DNA from: Ostreococcus lucimarinus
Taxonomy: Eukaryota
Assembly: GCA_000092065.1 (NCBI GenBank)
Contig: CP000582.1
Length of the DNA stretch: 64,000 nt
Reading direction: 5' to 3' (one strand)
The translations under genes were made by a program, and so were the position numbers. This document shows, piece after piece, positions 47,146 through 57,735 of the stretch. The notes beneath the pieces are model-generated. The model was given only the letters and a program-made list of their open reading frames with translations. It was not told the origin of the DNA and searched no databases. Within the stretch, counting starts at the first letter, position 1. The number at the start of each line of letters is the position of its first letter.

Positions 47146-48979
47146 TGAGCTAAACGCTCGCTTAGATACCTCTACAATCCTCAAACCACGGTGGGCGTGG
47201 TATCGACAATAGTTTCGATGATAGAAGACTCGTATGATGCAATTCTATCATCGGCCTTTACTCACAACTTAGTATACTACGCGGCGTTAAGTGCTCGGGG
47301 AGATCACGCTCGCATCTCGCTCTACGTAATCCCCTGCGTGGCTAAAACACAAATATTTCATACATTTCCTCGTCTCACCCCTAGCCCGGGTTTGTTAACG
47401 GTTTGTTCACTCGCAAACATGCAACCTGGATAGCTTTATAGCTCAGTCGTAGACACATGAAACTGATCGGTCTAATCAGCGGCACGCTCCACGACTCTGT
47501 TATACATTCCTAACACTGACCTTTGACCGACGTTATCGCGGCGTCCCACTTCCAACTGTCAACATTCGTTAAGTCTGCAAATACTTGAGAAATCATAAGA
47601 TACCATCTCCAAGTGACCGTCTTCACGCTTCGATCGAGTGAAAAGCTTTTCGAAACAGCCCTGTGAAAGTAATAAGAATAAAACAACGAAACAATTTTAA
47701 AAAGTACCTTCGTGGAGTTGCACTGGTTTGCACTCGTCGGAAAAATGTGGGAAAGGAATTTTCTGTGCAACTTCGGGCAAATGTTCTCTAGTTGATCGCC
47801 CTGTGCAAATATTAAAACTGATAGTGGGGCGCTTTTGTAAATTCACCTTCGAAGGATGCTGCTGTCGTCGAACTGTCCACATCAGTTCAACGTCCAACTG
47901 CTGAGAACGTCCCGACAAAAGTTTAACATGTCCATGGCAAACGAACTCTGTGCCACACTGCTACAAAAGCTAAGACTCGAATGGAGAGACTCGATTGGAG
48001 AGAAATAAGCTCGCTACCTTTTTGCCGATGAGGTGACTATCGCAATATTCTGCACGGTTGCTATCTATCGTTCTGCGGTCACACAGCGCCAATAGTAAGA
48101 CACTCCTGAGAATTCGTGCTTCACAGCCCACAAAGTCTACACTCGATAGACAATTATTGACAATCAACGTTTTTCTAGCTATGATCATCGTGACAAGCCA
48201 AGTCGTATCGACCCCGAGCTAGCAGTGGATGAGTTTCAGAGACTGGGAACATAAGTATGAGAGAACTTACAATTTTTGCAACACCGAAAGCAAGATTAAT
48301 GCGACCTAAAACAATAAGTTGCTTCAGTATCTCACAAACCCCACCGTTTTCGATGTCTTCCAGCGTTACGGGCACGCGAAGAAATCTGTTGCAAATTTGT
48401 AAGGCGCGAACGTGCTTGCACATCTGTAACAGTTGAGAAAAATCCTTCTGAAAGGCTATGTGCGCCCACCTTAGAAAGCCTCTGGCCATAGTGCTGCCGC
48501 TCAAATTGATGTGAACGATGTATGGAGGTTGCCAGCGTCACAAAGGCGATGTCTCTCTTGCCTGTACAACTCGATAGAATAGAAAGTATACGAGGACTCA
48601 ACTTACTGGGCTCGCATGTTCGGACGAATTCAAATTGCCGTTCAATCGGTTCCTGGGGTCGCCCAGGTCGATTAATCATCGCGATGTCAGGTGATCGGGC
48701 GCGGCGCGCTACGGAATAAGTAACATCGTGCGGCTCACCAACTCTCCGCGTCCTCGCGCGATTCGTGCACAAGTTTTCTCCCGCCTCGGAAATTGTACAG
48801 TTCCATATATTGTCATTGAGACACCTATGTGTACGATCGCACTACTTTCCGAATCGCGGCGCTCGAGTGAAACTGCGAAAGTGTACAGCATAACCGTCAC
48901 GCGCGACGTCACCATCCGACGCGTCTTCACCAGATCCGTCTGTCGCACACCCAAACGAAAAATCTTTTGCTCTTAACTC

Positions 48980-49704
48980 ATGTCTGGTAAAGGAGCCAAG
49001 GGACTGTCCGGTAAAGGCCTTTCCGGTAAGGGGGCGAAGGGCACGATGTCGTCGAAAAAAGGTGACAAGCGCAAGCCAACTTCTCGTTCGGTCAAAGCCG
49101 GTTTACAATTCCCGGTCGGTCGTATCCACCGATTTCTGAAGGTATGTTTTTTTTTCGACGGGGCGGTGGCGCGTAGACCGCGGTCGGGACGTCGACACGG
49201 ATTTGAGGCACTGCCACTCGGCGCGCGATTCGACCGTTTAAATTTGAACGCTCTAACTCGTGTTCGATTTCCAAGAGTCATTCGTGTATACGTCTTAACT
49301 GATCGTCGTTAAACATGTACTCATTTTTATGACAGAATCGTGCTGCATCTGGTGGACGCGTCGGCGCCACTGCGGCGGTTTACTCGGCCGCCATTCTTGG
49401 TAAGTGAAAAGTGTGCAAGTGATTCTCAGAAAAATTGACTTGTAGGGCAGAGTACTTGACGGCGGAAGTGTTAGAATTGGCGGGCAACGCATCCAAAGAC
49501 TTGAAGGTAAGTTTATGATGAACAAGTCGATATGGCACCTGACGTATAGAATAGGTGAAACGTATTACTCCTCGCCACCTCCAACTTGCCATTCGTGGTG
49601 ATGAAGAGCTCGACATGCTCATCAAGGCTACCATTGCCGGTGGTGGTGTTATCCCGCACATTCACAAGTCGCTGATGAACAAGTCTGCGAAAAAAGGCGA
49701 GTAA
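48980..49704 (+). CDS. H2AZ: Histone H2A.Z variant, 4 exons at 48980..49141, 49336..49399, 49451..49506 and 49555..49704 (143 aa).
   Basis: [15 protein letters not shown] | [21 protein letters not shown] | [19 protein letters not shown] | [40 protein letters not shown] is H2A.Z-specific, not canonical H2A. The N-tail is built from GKG(A/L) repeats. GTATGT and GTAAGT donors. Confidence 0.85.
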
Positions 49705-49894
49705 GCACGAGTAAACCATTTAACTATGCGAAATCTCGTCGAGATGAGCGCGATGGAGTGCCGCGCAAGTGCAACTCAGTATCAGTGTGCTGTACCATGA
49801 AGCTTTATGGGCACGTACATGGCCTACGAAAGGAGTGCCTGAGCACTGAAATGTATGAATAACAACGTCTTTTTGTCCAACCTCTAAATTACTT

Positions 49895-50284
49895 CTACAC
49901 ACTACCGCTCACGTCTCCGAGTTTACTGTCACAAGCCACGACTTTGAGCAGTTGCACTCTGACCTCCTTAGACTGGACGTCCACATCTGCGATATTCACG
50001 ATCGCATTCTCGACAATAAATGTCCAGACGTTTCCACAAAAGCGATACGTATGTAGCTGACCCTTTACGCTCGCCTTTACTTTCGAAGCTCGAAGTGACC
50101 TACACACACTTTTATCGAACTCACTAAGCACCTTCATGGCGATCGTTGGCGATAATACTCCACTGATGACCAACTCGTCTAGGGCATCAGTCAGCGCCAT
50201 TCCTAAGCTTGATCTACGATACAGTTCGAGCTAGTTACTGTTATTAGTAAAAGTTGTAAATGTGTTGCGAGTACTTACCGACAT
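49895..50284 (-). CDS. TFIIA gamma (small) subunit, 2 exons at 50279..50284 (ATG TCG only) and 49895..50230 (113 aa).
   Basis: The spliced product MS LELYRRSSLGMALTDALDELVISGVLSPTIAMKVLSEFDKS...YRFCGNVWTFIV matches TFIIA-gamma (MSYQLYRNTTLG..LDELI...FD...YRFCDNVWTF). A 48-nt intron with GTAAGT donor and CTAG acceptor. Confidence 0.7.
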
Positions 50285-50661
50285 CGTCGCTCTTTGTGGC
50301 CTTTCGTTTTCTTTGACGCGACGGGTCGGTTGCCTACGAGATATAGCCACTATTACCACGCGCTACCGTCTTCGAAATTAACGGCGACTATTCGAAAAAC
50401 CGCGACGAGTTCGCCCTTCGCTAGCCGGGGCTTTGTTGGCAGCTGGGAGGATTCTTAAAGGACCGTTTGCGTGTTTGCTATCAGGCCGACTTCAGGCCGG
50501 CAAAAGCATGTTATATATTAGCTAATTCCAATCACAGTAACATATGTGACAGAGACCGCAAAATACGCCATCTTCACGACTCCGATTCATATACATGTGA
50601 ATATATTCAAACTCATAAAGTGCCTATCAGTCCAGAGCTTATCGTTACACCGCGCTGCCAT

Positions 50662-50714
50662 CATGACTCGTCATGTGTGTAGGTACTCTCTAAAGGGGCG
50701 ATATAAATTTTTCC
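50662..50714. repeat. Solo terminal fragment of about 53 bp from the MULE/foldback TIR family (CATGACTCGTCATGTGTGTAGGTACTCTCTAAAGGGGCGATATAAATTTTTCC). It lies immediately upstream of MCM7.
   Basis: Matches the right terminus of the elements at 8669 and 24620. Confidence 0.55.
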
Positions 50715-50805
50715 GCCAGATACACGTAGCTGTCTCTTGTCTTTTGAATACTCTGCGTTCGAATTTGAACACGTCGTCAAACGACACCTCTACGCGCGCG
50801 AAAGC

Positions 50806-52959
50806 ATGGCCGATGAAGCATACACGCGAGAGCGGGAGCTTATACGAGAGTTTCTTCAGACATTCGAAGGGAGAGACGGCAGCCCACATTACCGGCGCGC
50901 GCTGCAAAAAGTTTTGGACCGCCAAAGTTGTTGCGTGGACATCGATTTGCAGGACGTGAAAGAGTTTTGCGGGGCACTTGAAGAGCGCGAGGAACTCTTA
51001 GACCGGATCACGTCGAATTGCAAACGCTACGCTACTTTATTTGCGGAAGAAATTGACGGATTGATAAAAAACCTGGCGTCTTCGAGTGCTTCACTCTCTG
51101 AAGTCGGTGAAGATGATCTAGACGTGTTTCTGCAGCGGCATTCCGATGATATTGGCGAGCGAAGCGAAAATCCAGCACCCGAAGTGTTACGACGTGCATT
51201 TGATGTTTTCTTCAAACCCCTGAAAGGAACTAAATCTCTCAAGATGCGCGACATACGGGCTAATATGATAGGGCACTATGTCACTTTCAAAGGCATGTGT
51301 ACACGGATAACTGATGTGAAGCCGCTCATCAAGGTAGCCTGCTATACATGTGAAGGTTGTGGACACGAGTACTTCCAAGAAATCAATGGCAACGAATTCA
51401 TCCCGAAGCAGTTCTGCCAATCGCAAACTTGCAACAAAAAGTTTGCACTATTCATTGAAACACGGGCGTCAAAATTTGCAAAATACCAGGAGGTCAAAGT
51501 GCAAGAAATGTCAGAAGACGTGCCGATCGGTCACGTTCCTAGGTCAATGTCGATATCACTGATCGGTGAAATGACTAGAAAGCTTGCTCCGGGAGATACA
51601 ATTGATATCAGTGGAGTTTTCCTACCACGTCCAAGTGTTGGATACTTGGGCAACTCAAGTCTTGTTTCGACCACATACTTGTATGCAATGTCGGTCACAC
51701 CGCATAAGTCGAAGACAACTAGCTCGGATGCGACTCCGGAGGTGCTGGAGAGGCTGCATAAGCTCAGAGAAACCCCAGACATATACACGCACTTAGCAAA
51801 ATCTATTGCCCCTGAAATTTATGGCCACGTTGACATAAAAAAAGCTCTTTTACTGTTGCTATGTGGTGGAGTAACGAGAACACTCCAAGATGGTGTCAAG
51901 ATTCGTGGTGATGTTCATGTTTGTCTTATGGGCGATCCCGGTGTTGCCAAATCCCAGCTGTTGAAACAGATAGTCTCTATTGCAACTCGCGGAGTTTATA
52001 CAACTGGGCGGGGCAGCAGTGGTGTAGGTCTTACAGCGTCAATTCAAAGAGATAACATTACAAGCGAATTAGTGCTAGAAGGTGGTGCGCTCGTACTAGC
52101 TGATAAAGGTATATGCTGCATAGACGAATTCGATAAAATGGAAGAAAGCGATCGAACGGCTATACATGAAGTCATGGAGCAGCAAACCGTCAGTATCGCG
52201 AAAGCTGGGATAACCACAACTCTAAATGCACGAACAACAGTCCTCGCAGCAGCAAATCCGGCATTTGGTAGATACAATACAGCTGCTACACCCCAGGAGA
52301 ATATTAATCTACCGGCGGCACTCCTAAGTAGGTTTGATTTGATGTGGCTTATTTTGGACGTTCCTGATCCCGACTCTGACATTGAACTGGCTCGCCATGT
52401 TATGAGCGTACATCGCGAAGGTCGCCCACCGTCCACAAGTTTTGATCCAGTCTCAACCTCTGAACTGCGAGCTTACATAGATGTCGCGCGGCATTTTGAC
52501 CCTTACATCCCGGAAGACCTTGCAGACGACATCGCCAGTGCATATGCCGGTATTCGTCAGGTTGAAGATGAAGCTGGAAGTGAGGCGACTGGTTATACCA
52601 CCGCTCGTACGCTACTATCTATCATTCGACTTGCAGAAGCTCTCGCACGGCTCCGTTGGGCACCTATTGTCTCCGGGAAAGATATCGAACAGGCACTCAA
52701 CCTGATGAAGATGTCGAAGGCGAGTCTAGAAATTCACAAGTCGTCAACAGCACTACGCTCGGATCCCGTCGAGAATTTGTATTTGCTTCTACGGAACTGG
52801 GCTAGTGATCACTCGAATCAATTCATAAGCGCTTCTATAGTTCGTCAGCTGGCGACGAAAAGTGGCTTATCAGGTGTCCTTGATGCTTGCATGAGTGAGT
52901 ATACGGCTCTCGGGGTGTGGGTTATGGACAGTGACAGCAACATAACGTTCGTAGACTAG
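50806..52959 (+). CDS. MCM7: DNA replication licensing factor MCM7.
   Basis: MCM box: Walker A GDPGVAKSQLLK, Walker B CCIDEFDKM, arginine finger SRFDL, and a C4 zinc finger CYTCEGCGHEY...CQSQTCNKK. The N-terminal region ...VDIDLQDVKEF matches MCM7. The ORF track starts at 50737 inside the repeat fragment; the likely start is the ATG at 50806, directly preceded by GCGCGCGAAA (E2F-like). Confidence 0.8.
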   Translation: MADEAYTRERELIREFLQTFEGRDGSPHYRRALQKVLDRQSCCVDIDLQDVKEFCGALEEREELLDRITSNCKRYATLFAEEIDGLIKNLASSSASLSEVGEDDLDVFLQRHSDDIGERSENPAPEVLRRAFDVFFKPLKGTKSLKMRDIRANMIGHYVTFKGMCTRITDVKPLIKVACYTCEGCGHEYFQEINGNEFIPKQFCQSQTCNKKFALFIETRASKFAKYQEVKVQEMSEDVPIGHVPRSMSISLIGEMTRKLAPGDTIDISGVFLPRPSVGYLGNSSLVSTTYLYAMSVTPHKSKTTSSDATPEVLERLHKLRETPDIYTHLAKSIAPEIYGHVDIKKALLLLLCGGVTRTLQDGVKIRGDVHVCLMGDPGVAKSQLLKQIVSIATRGVYTTGRGSSGVGLTASIQRDNITSELVLEGGALVLADKGICCIDEFDKMEESDRTAIHEVMEQQTVSIAKAGITTTLNARTTVLAAANPAFGRYNTAATPQENINLPAALLSRFDLMWLILDVPDPDSDIELARHVMSVHREGRPPSTSFDPVSTSELRAYIDVARHFDPYIPEDLADDIASAYAGIRQVEDEAGSEATGYTTARTLLSIIRLAEALARLRWAPIVSGKDIEQALNLMKMSKASLEIHKSSTALRSDPVENLYLLLRNWASDHSNQFISASIVRQLATKSGLSGVLDACMSEYTALGVWVMDSDSNITFVD

Positions 52960-52961
52960 TT

Positions 52962-54992
52962 CTATGCCAAATCTACTCTTAGAGAAACAATCTTCTGAGC
53001 ATCACTCTCTGATAGTTTCCACGAAGACTGATGCCTCATATCAACCAGATAATTTTCAACTTCGTTTTGAGTCTCTGCACTCAATACGACACTAAGTTGT
53101 GTAAGACGTGCAAAATTTTCTCTCACTCGAAAACTGCTCGCACCCGATAGCCCAGAAATCATTACTCGTAGTTCTCGCTCGAACTTTAAAGCACCTAAAT
53201 GATTAAAGCTTAAACGCGTTTTCACAATATTTTCCAGTCGTGTCGATAAGCCTTCGCTTGCGAGCTGGATAAAGAGCTCAGAACTTTCCTTGATCATCAC
53301 TTTTGTCGCCACGCGGAAATGGTGCAAGAGAAAGACCAATATATCACTTACCCACGATTCAGTACGCTCAACAGTCTGGTAAGCTTCTTCTGATATTATG
53401 TAGCTTCCGCGTGCGAACTGCTCACATACAGTCGATAACTGATTCAGGCGTTCACGTACCAAGTTAGACACACATGAAACATGCCAGCTGTTGAGCTCAT
53501 CATATAAAATTCTCAAACTAACAAGGCTATTCGTTAGTTCACTCGTATCAAAACCTGTCGTGAAAATCTTAGACATCATGCACTCCACATCCTTTATGAG
53601 CTCTTGTATGCGAATCGACATGGTACTTGTGGCATTCATGGCTAAGACTGCGTTGTGCACACCGGCGGTAACATTTGATGTGCTACTCATGCCCTTATTT
53701 TCGATCCAAAATACCTCTGCAATAACCTCTACACTCTGATTCAGATACACTTTCATCGTTTGTTCTGAGAAATCTGTGAGAAACTTGTTCACCGTGCGTA
53801 AAATTGTTGCGATGATATGTGGCTCTGTCAACGCAAAAGCCCGCCTTGTACTCCGACCAATAACAAAAAAAACGTCATCCAATGAAACATTTTGTGCTCC
53901 ATCATGGTGCGCGTTATACGCTTCATAGAACGTTTGCATACTCACCTTGAAGTGTTTTTCTTCAAGTTTCACATAATATTCTGCGAGCGTGTGCAGCACT
54001 GGAAAAACTTCGCGGCAGTCTTGACTAACCACCGTGTGAAGCGGCGGATTGTCATACTCCATTGTTAACGGAAACTTCACAAATATCACATGCTGTGCTT
54101 TACATATTCTGTTGACCAGGACGATATCTTCCACGGCTGTGTCTAACTGTACCAAGTTATCAAATTTTATCGTCAAATTGTCCAGAACACAAGTTTTCAA
54201 GTGGTCATCATATTCGACCAAAAATTTTTCAACTAGCGAAGACCAAGTACCGACAATCGCGGCAAAAACAAAACTAACCGCTTCAGAAGGCTTTCTTTCT
54301 TTCGAATATGTTTGCAGTTGCGACAAAAAGCTTCGGATAGTCTCGTACAAGGTATTGAGAGGCAACATGCTCACTCTCGCTGGTATTTGCCCCCTGTCCA
54401 AATTCATATTTTGCGCATTTTCGTATCTTGCAACCATAGTCTCGCGAATTGACGTAGTGACGGCATCTTCGACAACGTGATGGAGCTCTATTCTAACCAA
54501 TTTATCCACTATATGGAGAACATTCACAAGATCATCAACCACGAGTGCTGACTGACAATAACTCGACGTAGCATTCCGAACAAAGCAGTGTACACTAGTC
54601 AAGGAACTCTCAATGTCAATGTCGGTTTTTGAGCGCACGTTTGATCGCGACTTATGTAATCTAAGCAAATCTTCGTACGCATTCAACGCTTCGATTAAGT
54701 CCCCTTCGTTTGTTTTCTCTGCTAATTTCTCTGTGAGTATAAGAAGTTCCTGGTTGAATTGCAATATCTGGCGAACACGCAGTGCGTTCAAGAGTGCATT
54801 TGAGAACTTATGCAGATCTTTCGTGATAGCTTGGCCAGTACTGCTACGCTGTACATGTTTGCCTTCCCTTGTTGCGCTATGCTCAAAGTAAAGCTCGTCG
54901 AGCCACGCTGACTGGCGATCTTTCTCCATGTAGTCGTCTTGTATACTTTTAGGGTCGACGTATCCAATCTTGCGATAGATGCGTCGTCCCAA
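52962..54992 (-). CDS. Large all-helical protein of 676 aa, possibly a vesicle-tethering (CATCHR / exocyst Sec6-like) subunit. Identity is uncertain.
   Basis: Long uninterrupted ORF predicted to be helical throughout, with N-terminal coiled-coil-like segments. No motif is confidently assigned. Its stop lies 2 nt from the MCM7 stop. Confidence 0.3.
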   Translation of the reverse strand: MGRRIYRKIGYVDPKSIQDDYMEKDRQSAWLDELYFEHSATREGKHVQRSSTGQAITKDLHKFSNALLNALRVRQILQFNQELLILTEKLAEKTNEGDLIEALNAYEDLLRLHKSRSNVRSKTDIDIESSLTSVHCFVRNATSSYCQSALVVDDLVNVLHIVDKLVRIELHHVVEDAVTTSIRETMVARYENAQNMNLDRGQIPARVSMLPLNTLYETIRSFLSQLQTYSKERKPSEAVSFVFAAIVGTWSSLVEKFLVEYDDHLKTCVLDNLTIKFDNLVQLDTAVEDIVLVNRICKAQHVIFVKFPLTMEYDNPPLHTVVSQDCREVFPVLHTLAEYYVKLEEKHFKVSMQTFYEAYNAHHDGAQNVSLDDVFFVIGRSTRRAFALTEPHIIATILRTVNKFLTDFSEQTMKVYLNQSVEVIAEVFWIENKGMSSTSNVTAGVHNAVLAMNATSTMSIRIQELIKDVECMMSKIFTTGFDTSELTNSLVSLRILYDELNSWHVSCVSNLVRERLNQLSTVCEQFARGSYIISEEAYQTVERTESWVSDILVFLLHHFRVATKVMIKESSELFIQLASEGLSTRLENIVKTRLSFNHLGALKFERELRVMISGLSGASSFRVRENFARLTQLSVVLSAETQNEVENYLVDMRHQSSWKLSESDAQKIVSLRVDLA

Positions 54993-55165
54993 ACTCGCGA
55001 TTGCGAGTGGAAACAGCCAGCTACTATGCTGCTATCCACCTATCCACCCGCAAAGTCAGGGTCACCGACGTACAGTCCACCGTGACTGCTCAGATATTCA
55101 GGCAGGGAAAAAAATTATGCGGGCGCGCCATCTCTATCTATTGGAGAAAATTTTCACACAATACG

Positions 55166-55254
55166 ACTTAAATCCACCCCCTTAGACCACTCGGGCATCC
55201 TGGCGCTTTTTCCTTCTTTTTCGTCTTTCTGCCAGGAATGGGGTTCGAACCCAT
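55166..55254 (-). tRNA. Candidate circularly permuted tRNA-Leu(UAA) gene. The 3' half (T-arm ATGGG-TTCGAAC-CCCAT plus acceptor TCCTGGC-A, plus coordinates 55230..55254) lies upstream of the 5' half (acceptor GCCAGGA, D-arm CCC-GAGTGGTCTAA-GGG, anticodon stem-loop GTGGA-TTTAAGT, plus coordinates 55166..55204). A 25-nt spacer separates them.
   Basis: Read on the minus strand. The two acceptor strands are perfectly complementary. The anticodon loop is TTTAAGT (anticodon TAA, U33, G37). A T4 run follows the 5' half (AAAATTTTCT). A 7-nt complementarity (AATACGA / TCGTATT) links the leader of the 3' half to the trailer of the 5' half, as expected for a bulge-helix-bulge processing site. Confidence 0.35.
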
Positions 55255-55425
55255 GCGCACATTGTACAGTGGGTAGTTCGTATTTGACGAGTCACGAAGA
55301 CAGTGCAGCCCACACACCAAAGTTGAACTATGTTGCTACGGTGTTCTTGACCCCTCCGTGCGAGGTCGCTTGTCGCCACACTGACTCCAGCGTCACTCTC
55401 CGGTGGTAGAACTTGAGGACTTGCA

Positions 55426-56430
55426 ATGAATACTTGTGGTTCACCGATAGCGAGACCACTTCACTGTAAGCATGTCTTTCATATGTCTAGACGGCCTGGG
55501 CGCCGCATGATGCTACACTCTAGCCGAGACGACGATGTCTATGTTTCACGCATTTACGAGGCCCTAAAACTGCAGTACGGCGAAACCAGCGCAAAACGCG
55601 TTCTGCAAAGTCTTTCGTTCGCGGCCGCAGGCCAAGAATACACTCGCTTCCATCCTGATAAAGGTTTGCAAAAGGCTTCGTCTTACATAACAGGACTATC
55701 AGCTGAACCCTTTCACGATGTCAGTTCACCCCATTTCACTTGGATGATGCGACTTGAAGAAGAATACTCCATCATTCGAGATGAACTAAACAGTGCGCTT
55801 CTAAACCCACGACTAACGACGCTTGGAAATCACATTTGGGCGTCGGCGGCAAGGGAGGAAGCGATTGCATACGGCCCCGACTGGAAGACCCTTGTACTAC
55901 AAGACCGCTGTGTCTGGGAAGACACAAATTGTAAGTTGTTTCCAAAGACAGTCGAACTTTTGCGGAAAAATTCTGTACCATCTGTCGAAGTGTTTTTCGC
56001 GCGACAAGCACCAGACACGGGGATAAAACCGCACACCGATAACACAAACTTCATACTCACATCGCACTTGGGCTTGGACGTTCCTGAAGGCGAATGCTGG
56101 ATGAAAGTCGGGGAGTTTAAACGTGAATGGATGAATGGTCGTGGTATGATCGCAGATACAAGTTTCATACACAGTACCGCGAATGAAAGCCGAACACAAA
56201 CACGTTACGTTCTCATAGTTCGTTTCTGGCATCCTGATCTCACTCCCGAAGAGTGCTGTGCATTGCAGTTTCTTTTTGATGCGTTGAACGAATCTTCAGA
56301 AGATGGCATCGCCAATGCAATGAAACTTGCGACCAAACGTCAGGGCAAATCGAAGCCAGTTTTGGGAAAGGCGAGCAAAAAGCGGGAGAAAGCTGGTGGT
56401 TTAGGTTTGCTAGCAAAGGGCATGAAGTAA
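55426..56430 (+). CDS. Aspartyl/asparaginyl beta-hydroxylase family protein (2OG-Fe(II) oxygenase).
   Basis: IKPHTDNTNFILTSHLGLDVPEGECWMKVGEFKREWMNGRGMIADTSFIHSTANESRTQTRYVLIVRFWHPDLTPEE matches the Asp-Arg-hydroxylase domain. The start Met is uncertain. Confidence 0.6.
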   Translation: MNTCGSPIARPLHCKHVFHMSRRPGRRMMLHSSRDDDVYVSRIYEALKLQYGETSAKRVLQSLSFAAAGQEYTRFHPDKGLQKASSYITGLSAEPFHDVSSPHFTWMMRLEEEYSIIRDELNSALLNPRLTTLGNHIWASAAREEAIAYGPDWKTLVLQDRCVWEDTNCKLFPKTVELLRKNSVPSVEVFFARQAPDTGIKPHTDNTNFILTSHLGLDVPEGECWMKVGEFKREWMNGRGMIADTSFIHSTANESRTQTRYVLIVRFWHPDLTPEECCALQFLFDALNESSEDGIANAMKLATKRQGKSKPVLGKASKKREKAGGLGLLAKGMK

Positions 56431-56609
56431 ACATTCGAGTTGGCCCTCACATAGAGCTATTGAAAGCTCGACGTACCGTTAAAGATTTCTTATTAACAAT
56501 TTTGCCGCTTAACAAGTCGAAGTCGCGCAGTTCGTCCCATAGATGAGAAATCGTACAGAGACAGTGATATATTTGCGAAATTATCTCTACAGCATTTCTC
56601 TTCTTGCTA

Positions 56610-57539
56610 TCACGCCTTCTTGGTGTGTTTTTTCCTGAGCTTCGCGGTGGCGATGTGCTTGGAGTAATAGAAATGTCCAAACAGCGCCAGCAGGCTAATC
56701 ATGTAAAAAAGGAGTATCTTTGACAAGAACTTCGGGTATTCTGAAAAATATGCACAGTACACGGCCTGTAACAGATTGCATAGAAATTGAAGCATCTGCA
56801 TCTGCGTCAAATGTCGACCCCACCAAAGGTACTTAACACGTTTGTCGTTGTTTTTCCCGATCAGAGCCGATAGCAGATAGTACGTGTACATGCACACGTG
56901 TACCCAAGAGTTCAGTGCTGCACTGAAGTAAGCATCCCCACCCGGAGCTCGACGTGCGATCATCCACCATATAAACGAAATAGTGCTGTGATGGTAGACA
57001 TGCAAAAAGCTTACTTGGCGTAAGTTTCTCTTCAGTAGCATTATGAATGTATCAACGAACTCATATATCTTGCTCACGTAAAAGAGGTAGATGTAAAACG
57101 CAAGCTGCTTTTCATTCACGTTGAACTTATTTCCCCATAGCTTATATCCACTTTTGTATGCTTCGACGATACAACCGATGCACATATACAAACTTAGTAA
57201 TATGAGGAATGCATTGTGGCAAATCACCGATGCTTTTAACCATGTGGGATCCCAAATCTTTGTGTTTGTTGTTGCGGATAAGACGCGGTACGATACAACG
57301 ACCGTGACCAAGTACACGAGAAGGCTGGTGATCAGAGGAGTTGGTGAGGTTATGGCGGGTAAATGTGAGGTGGTGGGGCTCAGCGGGTCGAGCTCCCAGC
57401 CTAACCAGTCAGCGCAGGAGAAAACTACTTTCGAAATGATTGAGTCCCACGCCTTCCAGTAGTGTCGCAACATCGGGTAGGTAGTTTGCTCGCTCCAATC
57501 GTCGATACGTGAAGATGAGGCGCAGGAAGAGATTGCCAC
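56610..57539 (-). CDS. ELO-family fatty-acid elongase (GNS1/SUR4).
   Basis: Histidine box LHVYHHSTISFIWW and YYLLSA. Multiple predicted TM segments. Lys-rich C-terminus KLRKKHTKKA (ER retention-like). Confidence 0.8.
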   Translation of the reverse strand: MAISSCASSSRIDDWSEQTTYPMLRHYWKAWDSIISKVVFSCADWLGWELDPLSPTTSHLPAITSPTPLITSLLVYLVTVVVSYRVLSATTNTKIWDPTWLKASVICHNAFLILLSLYMCIGCIVEAYKSGYKLWGNKFNVNEKQLAFYIYLFYVSKIYEFVDTFIMLLKRNLRQVSFLHVYHHSTISFIWWMIARRAPGGDAYFSAALNSWVHVCMYTYYLLSALIGKNNDKRVKYLWWGRHLTQMQMLQFLCNLLQAVYCAYFSEYPKFLSKILLFYMISLLALFGHFYYSKHIATAKLRKKHTKKA

Positions 57540-57735
57540 CTACTGTCGAGAAGTTTGGAGTCGGGGGACGCTCTACGTTTCCACGATAAGCAGCGGTATC
57601 GGGTCGGCGCGTTCAGTGCCGCCGCTTGTCTTGTCTTTTGACGCACTCCGCAAAACCACATGATGTCTTCGTACTGTGCAACCGCGGTTCCCTATTTTAA
57701 TGACGTGGATTTAGCTTACTTACTGTTAACATTAA

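Noticed and set aside
47425-47470. tRNA-like start GCTTTATAGCTCAGTCGTAGAC.
   Set aside because: The D-stem cannot close (GCTC...GACA), and no anticodon arm or T-arm follows. It is probably chance or a decayed fragment.
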